Assembly: GCA_963823665.1 (NCBI GenBank)
Contig: CAWGMQ010000008.1
Coordinates: 800,001-864,000, forward strand
Reading direction: 5' to 3'
Origin: an uncultured Planctomycetota bacterium
Lineage (GTDB): Bacteria; Planctomycetota; Planctomycetia; Isosphaerales; Isosphaeraceae
Length of the DNA stretch: 64,000 nucleotides
The position numbers and the translations under genes are program-made. The notes under the pieces were generated by a model. The model was not told the origin of the DNA and searched no databases. It worked only from the letters and a program-made list of their open reading frames with translations. Positions 24,309 to 36,400 of the stretch are shown here, in pieces; position 1 is the stretch's first letter; each line of letters begins with the position of its first letter.

Positions 24309-25670
24309 TTAGCGCCTGTTTGCCGCGATAAATGGGGCCCAAACGCTCTTCGGCAAACCCGCACTCCTCGACCCCGGTTCAAGCCGAGGCTTCAGCGCCT
24401 CTGGTCGGACCGGCGCTTCCTCGCACTTGATCACAAGCCCTTTCCGTTCTGCTTGCAGACGAGCGATCGTTTTCGGAGACGCCACCGAAGCTGTCACAAC
24501 GACACATCGAATAGATTTCGATCTACAAAGATCTGTGAGTCCTTTCTCGCTGATCCTGGTGCCCCTCAAGTCGACAGTCTTCAGAAACGCAAATTGGCGA
24601 AGCGCGGTGCATGCAGCATCCGAGATGCGCGTGTCCCGCAGCGTTAACGACTGGAGCTGCTTGAGCGGCCGCAGCTTGTCAATTCCCGCATCGGAGACCT
24701 TGGTCGCTTCCAGATTCAGGGTGGATAAACGCGCCAGCGCCTTGAGAGATTCAAGCCCGTGATCACCGACCGCCGTGCCCCCGATATCAAGCTCGCGAAG
24801 TTTGTAGAGTTTAGACAGGGTTGCGAGACCGTCATCGTTTATGCCGGTGTAGGCTACATTGAGCTCAACGAGATTCGCGAATGGCAACAGGTAGCCGCAT
24901 GTCTGGTTGTCGATCGATTTGTTCTCGCGCAAAGTGAGGTTTGCCATCCTCCGCGGCTCCTTGAACGCTTTGAGAAACTGTCCGTTCGTACCCGTGCGCG
25001 TCACGTCAAGTTGCTCAAGTCGAAGTCCTCGAAGTTGTGCGAGGTCGTTCTCTGAAACAGTCGCGTCTCGAAGGGAGAGGATTTCCAGGGAGCGCATGCT
25101 CTTCAGATGGCCGAGCCCGCCGAGCGCGTCCGTGCCATCGAGATGGAGTATGGCTACATGAGCGAGCCGGCCGATACTCGCTAGTCCTGCCCCGGTCATC
25201 TTGGTCCCCGCGAGATTGAGGATGTCGAGGCGTTGCAGATGCTCGATTGTTCGCAGCCCGCGATCACTTATGCTCGTGTAGCTGAGGTCGAGCATATTCA
25301 GGTTGAACACGTGCGCAAGGTTTTCTAGATCGTCGTCTCGTAGTTGCAGGTGACTCAGGTCAAGTATACGTATGTGCTCCAAGCCCTTGGCGGCGGATGG
25401 GGCCACGCGCCCGGCATCGAGCCGGTTGAAAAACTCGAGTGCCTTCGCCTCATCTCCGTCTTTCGCGGTTTGTGATTGTTCAGACACAGAAGCCGCTGCC
25501 ATCGCGAAGACACCCGGCGAATGTGCGAGACACGCAGACAGGGTCACAGGAATGAGCGAATCGCCGCCCGCAGCAGAGTCTGCACGCGCGAACGCGAGCA
25601 ATACGCACACAACTGCAACCCAGAGCTTGAGCAATTGAGCACCAGAGGCTTCGCGTGGCGGGTGATTCAC
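24309..25670 (-). CDS. Leucine-rich repeat protein, probably secreted
   Basis: 24-aa LRRs 'LxxLDLSYTSISDRGLxxI'; signal-like hydrophobic segment after the GTG at 25670 (start uncertain). Confidence 0.85.
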   Translation of the reverse strand: MNHPPREASGAQLLKLWVAVVCVLLAFARADSAAGGDSLIPVTLSACLAHSPGVFAMAAASVSEQSQTAKDGDEAKALEFFNRLDAGRVAPSAAKGLEHIRILDLSHLQLRDDDLENLAHVFNLNMLDLSYTSISDRGLRTIEHLQRLDILNLAGTKMTGAGLASIGRLAHVAILHLDGTDALGGLGHLKSMRSLEILSLRDATVSENDLAQLRGLRLEQLDVTRTGTNGQFLKAFKEPRRMANLTLRENKSIDNQTCGYLLPFANLVELNVAYTGINDDGLATLSKLYKLRELDIGGTAVGDHGLESLKALARLSTLNLEATKVSDAGIDKLRPLKQLQSLTLRDTRISDAACTALRQFAFLKTVDLRGTRISEKGLTDLCRSKSIRCVVVTASVASPKTIARLQAERKGLVIKCEEAPVRPEALKPRLEPGSRSAGLPKSVWAPFIAANRR

Positions 25671-25875
25671 AGCACTGGCCTTCTTAAATTCGGCGGCGTC
25701 CGTATGAGCAAGGCGAAAACACGTCGCTGATGTATATCCTACTTCCTTGCTCCTGTGAGCAACACCGTGCTGGCAAGCCCGCTCCGTCAGGCTGTTGCCA
25801 GGCCGGGGCTTGCCTGGCAGACTGGGGGGCTGGCAGTAGTTCAAAAGCATTGCCCTCCCGGGGAGCTGACGACCT

Positions 25876-27991
25876 ATGTACACGAGAACCGGCTTTTTCG
25901 CGGCGGTTTCCGCCCTAGCGATGGCTCATGCCACAGCGCCGGCTTTTGCGCAGACGCCGGCCGAATACGCTCAGACCGCTGCCTACGCGGCCGCGCACCA
26001 GAACAAGGATGGTGGGTTTGCCGGCAAGCCGGGCGGGAAGTCGAGCCTGGGCGCGACCAATTCGGGCCTGAAAGTCTTGTTGCATGTGGGCGGCTCGGTT
26101 CCCGACATTCTGAGCTGCGTCAACTATGTCAAGTCGTGCCGCGACTCGAGCGGAGGCTTTGCGCCCGAGCCTGGAGGCAAGCCGGACGTCGTCACGACCG
26201 CGGTCGGCCTGATGGCTGCATCCGAGCTCAAGATCGCCGATGCGGAGCTCGTCAAGGCAGCGATCGGCTATCTCGGCAAGAACGCCAAGTCGTTCGAGGA
26301 AGTCAGGATGGCCATCGCTGGTCTTGAAGCGGTGCACACACCCTCGCCCGACTTTCCTCGCTGGCTGGAGGAGATCAACAAGCTTCGCGAGCCCGACGGC
26401 ACCTTTGGCAAGGGTGCAGGCAAGGCGTATGCAACGGGGGGCTGTGCCGCGGCGATCCTGCGTATGGGGATGAAGCTGGAAAACCGCGACGCGATCATCA
26501 GCGCGATCAAGGCCGGCCAGCACGACGGCGGCTGGTCCAAGGAAGACGGGCCTCCCGACCTCGGTGCAAGCTACCGCGTGATGCGGGCGCTTTACATGCT
26601 TGGCGAAAAGCCGGACGTCGATCGCTTGATGTCCCTCATCAAGACCTGCCGCCAATCCGACGGCAGCTACGCGAGCACGCCGGGTGGAACCGGCGACATG
26701 GGTGGAACCTATACGGCAACGATCATCACTCGGTGGGTCCGCCTTCTGACCGGCCTTCCAGCGGTGACCGAAACCGCGGGCTTCGCGCCCTTGGTCGCCG
26801 CCAAGGACCTGACCGGCTGGGAAGGCGATAAAGACCTCTGGTCGGTGGCCGACGGCATGATCATCGGCCGCTCGCCCGGCATCAATCACAACGAGTTCCT
26901 GGCAACGACTCGCCCGTTTGGCGACTTCGTCCTGGCGCTGGACTTCCGGATGATGGACGGCAAGGGCAACAGCGGCGTGCAGTTCCGCAGCATCCGCATT
27001 CCCAAGCGCGAGATGTCGGGCTATCAGGCCGACATCGGCGAAGGGTACTGGGGCTGCCTTTATGACGAGTCGCGCAGGAACAAGATCCTTGTGCAAGCAT
27101 CTGAAAATGCCAAGAAAGCGCTGCACAAGACCGACTGGAACCATTACGTCGTTCGCGCAATGGGAGATCATATCACGATAGGTCTGGGCGGCGCTTCGTC
27201 GGTCGACTACCACGAGAAAGACTCGAGCGTCGCCAGGTCTGGTCTGCTCGCGGTTCAGATTCACGCGGGCGGGCCGATGGAAGTGCAATACAAAGATGTG
27301 ATGATTCAAGAACTTCCCACGCCCACGGCGGAGAAGCCAACGGGCCCCGGGTTCCATCTCCGTACCATCAAGACAGAGCAGGGCGAGCGGAAGTACACCG
27401 TTTACCTGCCGAAGGGTTACGACGGCACGAGAATATACCCGGTCGTCTTGTTCCTCCACGGTGCGGCCGAGCGAGGGCAGGATGGTATTGTGCCGGCGCA
27501 GGTCGGGCTCGGCCCAGCGATCTTGCACCGGGGCGACTTTCCCGCGATTGTCGTCTTCCCGCAAGCTCGCGAGACCTGGGCGGCGAATTCAGCCGACATC
27601 AAGGCCGCGCTCGCGGCACTGGCCGACGTCATGACCGCCTACGCGACCGACCCCAAGCGCGTGGTGCTCACCGGGCTTTCGATGGGCGGACGAGGGAGCT
27701 GGGAGCTCGCAGCCGTCGCGCCCGCCACGTTCGCGGCCGTCGTGCCGATCTGCGGCCCGGGCCGACCCGACCAGGCAGCAAGGATGAAAGACCTGCCCGG
27801 TCTGGAGCTTCTGCGGCGATGCGGACCGCGCCACGACCGTGCTCAACATCCGGGCGATGATCGAGGCGCTCCAGCGCGAAGGCATCCATGCCAGGCTCAC
27901 GGAATATCGCGGTGTCGGCCACAATAGCTGGGACCGTGCCTACAATGATCCTGAGCTGCTCCAGTGGATGCTCGCCCAGCGCAAGCCCTGA
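25876..27991 (+). CDS. Secreted fusion: prenyltransferase/squalene-cyclase-like repeats + DUF1080 (3-keto-disaccharide hydrolase-like) + alpha/beta hydrolase (frameshift near 27797)
   Basis: Signal peptide; 'QNKDGGF' and 'RQSDGSY' repeats; 'GNSGVQFRS...GYQADI...WNHY...QIHAG'; 'LFLHGAAERG', 'GLSMGG', and in the shifted frame 'VWSFCGDAD...GVGHNSW'. Confidence 0.85.
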
Positions 27992-28060
27992 GTCTCAACC
28001 GCAGGGATTCGCTCATCCGACTGCCGATTTCGAGCAAAACTCTTCAAGGACCCGTCAGTC

Positions 28061-29139
28061 ATGGAACAAAGGACGCTGGAGTTTCGTCGCCGGATTTCGA
28101 CATTGCCTGCTTTGGTGGCGCTCGCGGGTTTTCTCGCGGCCTCGCTGCCGGCCACGATCGCCGCCCAGGTACCCAAGCGCGCGGAATCGACTCTCGTCGA
28201 GGAGACGAGGACTTCGAATCTGCGGGACGACGCCAAGCTTTTCAGCGCCGCGGCGATCGCCGCCGCGCGTACCAAAGCTCCGCGACGTCGAAAGCAAGAC
28301 GGGCGTCGGGACGATGATCGCAACGGTTGAATCGGTGGGCGATCGATCGATCGAGGAGCTGGCGCCCGAGATGGCCAGACAGTCGGGCATCGAAGGCGTC
28401 TTTATCCTCATCAGCAAGAAGGAAAGGAAAATCCAGGTCCTGGTCTCGCATCGCTTGCTCGGGGAGACGATGAAACGGCAGCGCGACGTGATCCGAACGG
28501 CCTTCCTCGAGGGATTTCGCCGCGGCGATCTTAACGAGGGCCTCGAGCTCGGAGTCTTCGCGATCGAGGAATCGCTGCTCCTTGCCCACCGCGCCGGCGA
28601 GATTCCCGGACAGCCGGCTTTGGCGGCGACTGGTCCTCCCGGCAGACACCGCCAGTTCAGGCGGCCCGCTCGTGCTCCGCAACCAGGTTCGGCTGACTCT
28701 TTCCGGCGCCCGTGTATTGATCAGCGCCGCCCAGGAAAAGGCAAACTTGCTCAAGCTCAAGGTGAACATTGCTGTGGTCGATGACGGCGGCCATCTGATC
28801 GCGTTCGAACGAATGGATGGCGCTCGTCCAGCCAGCGGCTACACCGCGATCACCAAGGCCACCTCAGCCGCAACTTTTCGCCAGAACAGCGGGCCACTCC
28901 CGGCCGGCGCTCCCCTCCCCGATCCGCTATTGAACCTCAGTCTGCAGATGGCTGCCTCAGCCAGCGGGGGAAAGATCACAAGTCTTTACGGCGGCGTGCC
29001 GGTCGTCGTGGACGGGCAGGTCATCGGCGCAATCGGCGTTGGCGGCGGCACGGGTGAACAGGACACGCAGGTCGCAACCGCAGGCGTTGCGGCGTTGATC
29101 CAGAAAGTCAGCGGCGAGACGCCACAGCAAGCAAAGTGA
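28061..29139 (+). CDS. TPM-domain + GlcG/HbpS-type heme-binding domain fusion (frameshifts near 28278 and 28640)
   Basis: 'LRDDAKLFS...MIATVES...GVFILISKKERKIQV...FRRGDLNEGL' (TPM-like), then 'NIAVVDDGGHLIAFERMDGA...GGVPVVVDGQVIGAIGVGGG'. Confidence 0.8.
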
Positions 29140-29149
29140 TGCCCGGCCC

Positions 29150-29731
29150 CTACGGATTAATCTCGGCACCTTCCCAGCGGCCCGATTCGTTGCGGCGATA
29201 GATCCACCGGTTCTGTGGGTTACCATTGATCTCGAGAAGGTCGACTTCGTGAGGATCGAGCACGAGCAGGCAGAAATGAGCGGGAGGAGTTTCCGGGTCG
29301 GGATGAACCGAGGGAAGCGGCGTGGTGCCGTCGCGCGGCGCGCCGGGTGCCGGCCAGGTGAAGCTCACGCGCACCGCCTCGGCCAGCTCTCGCCAGGAGC
29401 TTCTTCTGGCATCGCGAAGCGCAGCGTCATCATTGTCGTGCCGCACCACCAGCGCGGCGCCGCTGATTCGATACTGTTCGTGCGTGACCGGAAAATACCA
29501 GCACACTTGCGCCCAGGGCGAATGTTCGAGGTCTTTAACCTTTTCACTTCGCGCGTCGGTGACGAAGGTCAAACGGGGGCTGTCGTTCAGGAATCCACGG
29601 AACACCAGCGTGCGGTTGGCGGGACGGCCGTCGCTGCGCACCGTCGCCATCTGCACGAATCGCGAGTAAGGTGCGTGCCGGTTCTGATGCAATGCCAGAA
29701 CAAGTGAGGGCAACCAGATTGTTTGTGACAT
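29150..29731 (-). CDS. Pyridoxamine 5'-phosphate oxidase-like FMN-binding protein
   Basis: 'QMATVRSDGRPANRTLVFRGF...TDARSEKV...CWYFPVTHEQYRISG'. Confidence 0.9.
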   Translation of the reverse strand: MSQTIWLPSLVLALHQNRHAPYSRFVQMATVRSDGRPANRTLVFRGFLNDSPRLTFVTDARSEKVKDLEHSPWAQVCWYFPVTHEQYRISGAALVVRHDNDDAALRDARRSSWRELAEAVRVSFTWPAPGAPRDGTTPLPSVHPDPETPPAHFCLLVLDPHEVDLLEINGNPQNRWIYRRNESGRWEGAEINP

Positions 29732-29814
29732 ATCTCTATTCTGGACCGCTGTGTTCGCCACGGAAAGAGCATGCCGCCGGATTCGCCGCCCACAGTGCGA
29801 GCCGCCGGCGCTCG

Positions 29815-32800
29815 ATGCGCTCGCTCGCCGCGGCGCTACTCGTGCTTACGTGCCACGCGCTGTTCGAGCCGCACTCGGCCGCGCGCAGCGCGACCAGCCC
29901 ACCACCGAGCCAGTTCCGCACGGACAGGATATGGCGCCGAACCCTGCCCGAACGCCCGCCGAGGCGATCAAGGCGATGACGGTTCCCCCGGGCTTTCAGG
30001 TGGAGCTGGTCGCGTCCGAGCCCGATATCGTCAACCCCGTGGCCATGACGTTTGACGAGCGCGGCCGGGTCTGGATCACTGAAAGCCTCGAATACCCAAG
30101 GCGCCAGGCCGGCCCGGGACGCGATCGGGTGAAGGTGATCGAGGATACGGACGGCGACGGCAAAGCCGATCGGTTCTCGGTCTTCACGCAGGGACTCAAC
30201 ATCCCATCGGGAATTGCCGTCGGTCACGGTGGAGTCTGGGTCGCCAATTCGCCCGACATCCTCTTTCTCCAGGACCGAGACGGGGACGGCAAGGCTGATT
30301 TCAGCGAAGTCGTCGCCACGGGGTTCGGCCGGCACGACACGCACGAGCTGCCCAATTCTCTCACGTGGGGTCCGGACGGTTGGCTCTACGGCTGGAACGG
30401 CGTGTTCAACTCGTCGAGAGGTGGTTTCGAAGAACGGCAAGACATACGAATTCACGTGTGCGATTTTTCGAGTCCACCCCAGGACGCGAGTTTTTGAAGT
30501 CTGGTGCGAGGGCACGAGCAACCCGTGGGGCATCGCGATCGACCCGGAAGGCTCGTTCTTTGCGAGCGCCTGCGTGATCGATCATCTCTGGCACCTGGTC
30601 GAGAGCGGTTATTACATCCGCCAGGGCGGGCCTTATCCACCGTTCACCTGGCCGATCGAGTCGATCGTCGATCATAAGCACCAGAAGGCGGCTTATTGCG
30701 GCATTCACTACTTTGATAGCCCGGCGTATCCGGCGGAGTATCGCGGCAGGCTCTACATGGGCAACATTCACGGAAACGCAATCAACGTGGATGTACTCAG
30801 CCGCGATGGCTCGACCTACAAGGCCGAGCACCGAGGCGATTTCCTGCGGGCCAATGACGCGTGGTTCATGCCGGTCGTCCAGAAGACCGGGCCCGACGGC
30901 TCGCTCTATATCCTCGACTGGTACGACCGGTACCACTGCTACCAGGACGCCAATCGCGACCCCGCCGGCATTGACCGGCTCAAGGGCCGGCTGTACAGGG
31001 TGAGGTACAAGGATACCCCGAGGCGAATCGGGTTCGACCTGGCCAGATCGAACGATGACGAGCTGATCAATCTATCTGGGCAGCCCGAACGTATACGATC
31101 GTGACATCGCTCAGAGGCTGCTCTCCGAGCGAGCGTCGCCCACCATCCGCGCGCGGCTCGAATCGCTGGTCCTCGCCGAAAACGCGCCGCGCACCGCGCG
31201 GATGCATGCGCTCTGGTCGCGCCTGGGCAGCGGGCCGCTCGAGCCTTCCTTCCATGCCAGGCTCCTCGAGCACACCGATGCAACGCTCCGAGCCTGGGGC
31301 GTGCGCAGCGGGAAATCAACGCACGGTCGAACGCGCGATCAGCGATCGCATTCTGAAGCTGGCAACCGACCCCGCGCCGGACGTCAGGCTTCAAGTCGCG
31401 ATCGCCGCTCGCAAGCTCGATGGTGTCGACGCGATGCGGCTGCTGCTCGACGTCCAGCAGTCGAGCTACCACGACCCGCTGATTGCACCGATCGTCTGGC
31501 AGAACTTGCTTCCCTCCATCGAGACACGCCAGGCCGAGCTTGCTGAGCGGCTCGGCGGAAACAGAGGTAAGGAATCTGGTCTGACCACGCTTATCCCGCG
31601 AACGATCGAGCGACTGCTTGAAGGCAAGGAGACACGCGCGGCGTCAATCGCTCAGCTTGTCGCCGCCACGAGCGACGACGAGTCGACTGTCGAAGCTCTC
31701 GACGTGGTCCTCGAGCGCTTCCGCAATCACAGCCTGCCTCCCGCGCGAAGACGCGCTTCGCAATCAGCTTAACGTCGCTCTCAAGTCGATCGCCCAGGCT
31801 CGGGACCATATCAATGAATATGCAACTGTAGCCCGGGCTTATTGCGGCGATCACGAAAGCCTGACCAAGGCGGTTGAGTGGGCCAGGGCAAGCGCCTTGA
31901 ATGAAGATCCGGACGACCGCGCAGCACCGCGAACAGATACGCATTCGTGCTCTGCAAGCGGTCTTTTATCGGAAGCTCAAGGGCCTCGAGGGCGGATTGA
32001 TCACGGAGATCCTGTCCGAGAATGATGCGCGAAGCTCCGCCGCGTTTCGAAGCGAAGTGCTCGACATGCTGAGCGTCGTGGACGAGCCGGAAATTGGTCC
32101 GGCCGTGCTCAAGGCCTACGGAGGGCTCTCCGCCGAGATGAAGGCGAAGGCGGTGAATCTGCTCACCCACCGCGCGGAGTGGACGCGACCTCTCCTCGAA
32201 CAGATCGCTCGCAAACAGATCCCCACTTCGGTGCTGAACGTCACGCAGCTTCGAAAGCTGCAGCAGAGCCGCGACCAACAGGTCGTCGAGCAGGTGAAGG
32301 CCATCTGGGGATCAATCCGCGATCGGCGAGACCCGAGACGCGAGCGCGTCGCTGATCAAATTCGCACCCTCGTGCGCAAGACGCCCGGCAACCCGGTTTC
32401 GGGCCAGGCGGTTTTCAAGCGGGTCTGCGCGCTCTGTCACAAGATTTACGGCGAAGGGCAGGATGTCGGTCCCGATTTGACCTCGAACGGCCGCAACGAC
32501 TTTGATCAGCTCGTCTCGAACGTGTTTGACCCGAGCCTCGTGATCGGGCAGGGGTTTCAGGCGACCACGATCGCAACGACGGACGGACGCATCTTGAGCG
32601 GTCTCCTGGTCGAGAACGGCAGCGCACGCGTGCTCCTCAGGCTTCAAGGCGGCAGCATCCAGACGATCCAGCGCGGCCAGATCGAGGAAATGAAGACGAG
32701 CGAGCTATCGCTGATGCCCGATTCGTTTGATACACAGCTCACGGCCCAGGAAATCGCGGACCTTTCTGCGTTTCTGTCGCTTGATAAGCCTCCCTCCGAC

Positions 32801-32854
32801 CCCAGTGCCAGGGCATTGTCAGGCTCGGGGCCGATGGTGCGATCGGGGAAATAG
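29815..32854 (+). CDS. PVC-type membrane-bound dehydrogenase / heme-binding CxxCH protein (about 6 apparent frameshifts)
   Basis: 'PPGFQVELVASEPDIVNPVAMTFDERGRVWITE', 'TWGPDGWLYG', 'TGPDGSLYILDWYD', HEAT-like middle, 'CALCH...VGPDLT...SLMP'. Pieces lie in ORFs 29751, 30214, 31202, 31101, 31618 and 31901; start uncertain. Confidence 0.85.
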
Positions 32855-32868
32855 GAGGGCATTCACCG

Positions 32869-33205
32869 ATGGAGTACCTTGGCGAAATCGCCGCAGAGCC
32901 CGATACTCCGGCCATCAGAAGGGAGGCGCTGGCTCGCGCTGATCGACGACGACCCGGCTCTCGAGCGCCCTCAGCCCAAAGAGGGAATCAACCCATTCAC
33001 GCGAAAGCCGATGCTTTACTGTTCGCCTCCAGATGCTGCCTGGGTGATCGTCGACGGCAAAAGAGTCGGATTGATGGGCTTTGCCGCGGACGGCTCGAGC
33101 AGCATATTGGTCGAGGGCGAGCGCGACCTGATGGTGCCGTTTGCCCAGCGCATCGCTGAGATCCTGGGTAGCCGTTTTGAGGAGCACCGCGCGGAAGACG
33201 CGTGA
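32869..33205 (+). CDS. Hypothetical protein (probable frameshift near 32925)
   Basis: GGAGG RBS before ATG 32869; reading continues as 'WLALIDDDPALERPQPKEGINPFTRKPM' in the 32879-33205 frame. Confidence 0.6.
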
Positions 33206-33281
33206 AACGGCGAAGCGAGCAACTGAGCGGATCGAGCGGATCGCAACGCTGCGGGTGCTTTGGACGCGTGCGGGAGTGCCC

Positions 33282-33332
33282 GCAAAAGGGGACAGGCACC
33301 GGCATCCTTGGCCGGAGCCAGTCCCCATTTGC
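33282..33332. repeat. REP-like long imperfect palindrome between convergent genes
   Basis: gcaaa-a-ggggac-a-ggc-a-ccggc [atccttg] gccgg-a-gcc-a-gtcccc-a-tttgc. Confidence 0.7.
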
Positions 33333-33456
33333 TTCCGGGTTCAGTGCAAGACCCGTCCGGAGTAAAATCCGTGAAATCGTTATATGTTGACTTTTTGGAA
33401 CTCGCACAGATCGGAGGTCCGATTATTCAGTCGTCGCCGCGTAAAAGGACAACCGC

Positions 33457-36400
33457 TCAGGTGCCCTTCGGCCGAATGAGGGCTTCCGCCTCCTCCCGCA
33501 GCACCTTCAAGTCCAGCCGTTCCACCCAGGGGAGTGCCGCGATGGCCTTCTCATCCTGGAGCGACAGGGCTTTGGTGAGAGACTTTCCTGCTTCATCGCG
33601 CTTCCCCAGGCGGTGCTGAGCCATGGCGAGGAACAGCCAGTCGTGAGGCGTGCCGCCCCGGCCAAAGAGTGCGATGGCCTCGTTCAGCTTCTGCACGGCC
33701 GCGTCGTACTTCCCGGCGCGGTACAGCGCGGCACCGAGCATTCCGGCAAACGGATGGTTCTGCGGAAAGGATGCGAGCGCTCTCTCGACCACGTGAAGCG
33801 GCGCGGTGGCATCGACCACCGCGGACGGGGCGAGCATGAGCGTGCGGGCGACGTCGAGGGAATCGACGAGATTCGTCATTTTTTCGGAGCGAACGAGCAA
33901 GGTGGCGCAAGCAGCGCGGTATCCATCCTTGTTCCCGCCGGCCAAGCGCACACGTGCGAGCGACGTCCATTCAAGGCGATCGTCCGGGGCAAGCTCGATC
34001 GCCTTGAGCAGGTCGGCGTCAGCCTTGCCCCATTGACCTAGCCCGCCATAGGCGTCGGCCCGATCTCGCCAGGCCGCCACGTCACCAGGAACCTTGTCGA
34101 TCACCCGCGAGAAGTCGGCAACCGCGTGCTCACCCTGGCCCACGCGCAGATAAAGTTTGCCGCGGCGAGTGTAGAAGGGCACGGCTTCGTCTTCGACGCC
34201 GGCGAGATGCTTCAGATGGAACCCGATGGCATACTCTTGCTTGGCGTCGGCGGCGGCTTCAGCCTCCTGGATGTGCCAGACCGGATCCGGTTTCTCGAAG
34301 CGGGCCAGACGTCGTTGCCGGGATTCGCTGGTTTCTTCGGTCGCATCCCACACCTTGACCGTGCTGTCATAGGAAGCGCTCGCCAGACGGCGGCCGTCCG
34401 GACTGAAGGCCACGCGCTTGACCGCCATGGTGTGTCCGCGCAGGGTGAGAATCTCCTGGCCGCGCGTCATTTCCCATACCTTCACCTCGCCGGGTTTACT
34501 GACACCATCCCCCCCACATGAAGCGAGGCGGCGGCCGTCCGGGCTGAAGGCCACCCCCAGGACATACTGAGTGTGACCGCGCAGGACATGGACCAGATTC
34601 CCGGTGGCTGTGTCCCATACAAGCACCGTACGGTCATACGATGCACCGGCCAGACGGCGGCCGTCTGGGCTGAACGCCACGCCGTCGATTTCGTTCGTGT
34701 GCTTCAGGGAAAGGACCTCGCTGCCTGTGGAAATGTCCCACACCTTCAAGAGCCCGTTAGCGCGTTCGGCGCTAGCCAGACGGCGGCCGTCCGGGCTGAA
34801 GGCCACTCCATGGCCAAAGCTGTTGCCTACGGGCAGGCTGAGGATTTCTTGACCGCTCGCGGAGTTCCAGACTTTCACCTCGCCCCACGCATGGGGTTTC
34901 CCCCCACGAGAGGCCAGGCGCGCACCGTCCGGGCTGAAGGCGACGCTCATGACCTCGCCGGTGTGCCCGCGCAGCGTATGGACCGCCTTGCCGGTGGCCG
35001 TGTCCCACACTTTCACCTCGCCGGGCTCGTTTAGCCGCCCTCCGCAAGAAGCCAGGCGCCGGCCGGCCGGGCTGAACGCCACTTCGCCGCCTAAGCCTAT
35101 GTCGCCGGCCAGGGTGAGCGTCTCCTTGCCAGTGGCGGCGTCCCACAACTTCACGATGCCGCCTCCTTCGCTAGCCAAGCGCAGGCCGTCGGGGCTGAAG
35201 GCCACGCCCTTGACAAAGTTGCTGTGTCCCCGCAGGGTCAGGCTCTCCGGGCTCGCGCTTGCATCCCAGAACTTCACCTCACCGACCGCGGGTTTGCGGG
35301 GCTCCTGGAACGTGCCGCCGGAGGCCAAGCGACGGCCGTCCGGGCTGAAGGCCAGTGCACCGGCCGCGCCGGAGTGTCCGCCCACGATGAAGTTTTCCTT
35401 CCCGGTGGCCGCATCCCATACCCGCACCGTCGCATCATGTGAGGCGCTCGCCAGGTGGCGCCCGTCCGGGCTGATGATCACGCGGCTGACCGTACCGGAG
35501 TGTCCTTCGAGAATCAGTAGTTCCTGGCCGGTAACCACGTCCCACACCTTCACCGTGCCTGTGCTGCCGAGTTCCAAGATGGCACCGAACGCGAGGCAGC
35601 GGCCGTCAGGGTGAAAAGCCACGTCGAAGGGAAGAGTCATGAGCGGCCCCCGTACGAGCCGCTCCTCCTTTCCCGTGCCCAAATCCCACACCTTCATTCC
35701 AGTGCCAAGAGAGGCCAGGCGGCGGCCGTCGGGGCTGAAGACAACGCGGCGGGCAGGTTGCATTTGCAACGTCCGCTCCTCCCGCCCGGTCGCCGCATCC
35801 CATACCTTCACGGTCCCGTCTTCCAAGGCGCTCGCCAGGCGACGGCCGTCAGGGCTGTAGGCCACGCTTCGGACCAAGCCGGTGTGCGCGGCCAGGGTCA
35901 GCATTTCCTTCCCTGTAGCTGTGTCCCACAACTTCACCTCACCCTGCCTCGGAGCCTGCGCTCCACCTGAGGCGAGGTGGCGGCCGTCCGGGCTGTATGC
36001 CACCCCCTCAACCCCCAGTGCATGCCCGCGCAGCGCCAGAATCAACTGCCCTGTGAGCGTGTCCCAGATCTTCACCTCGCCGGGGTTATAACCCCCGCAG
36101 GAGGCGAGGCGGCGGCCGTCAGGGCTGAAGGCCATGTCGGATACCACGATGGTGACGCCATAAACCCCGGTGTGCGCCGGAAACGTGAACAATTCGTTGT
36201 GGCTTTGCCGCCACCAGTAGTACCACTCGAAATTGCGCAGGTCCTCTCCGCCGGTCTTCTCTGGCCGTTGCCCTTCGAGTAGTTCATGCACCGAGCCGAC
36301 CTGGTTCTCCTCCCAGGCCCGTTGCACCAACCGCAGATCCGAAATGTAAGCGCGGTCGTTGGCCAGCCGCGCACTCGATTTTGCCACTCCCGCCTGCTCG

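Noticed and set aside
25915..27564. 549-aa antisense ORF and many similar long shadow ORFs (e.g. 50731-51801, 60194-61336)
   Set aside because: They lie opposite well-supported genes, have no recognisable motifs, and are expected from high-GC codon bias.
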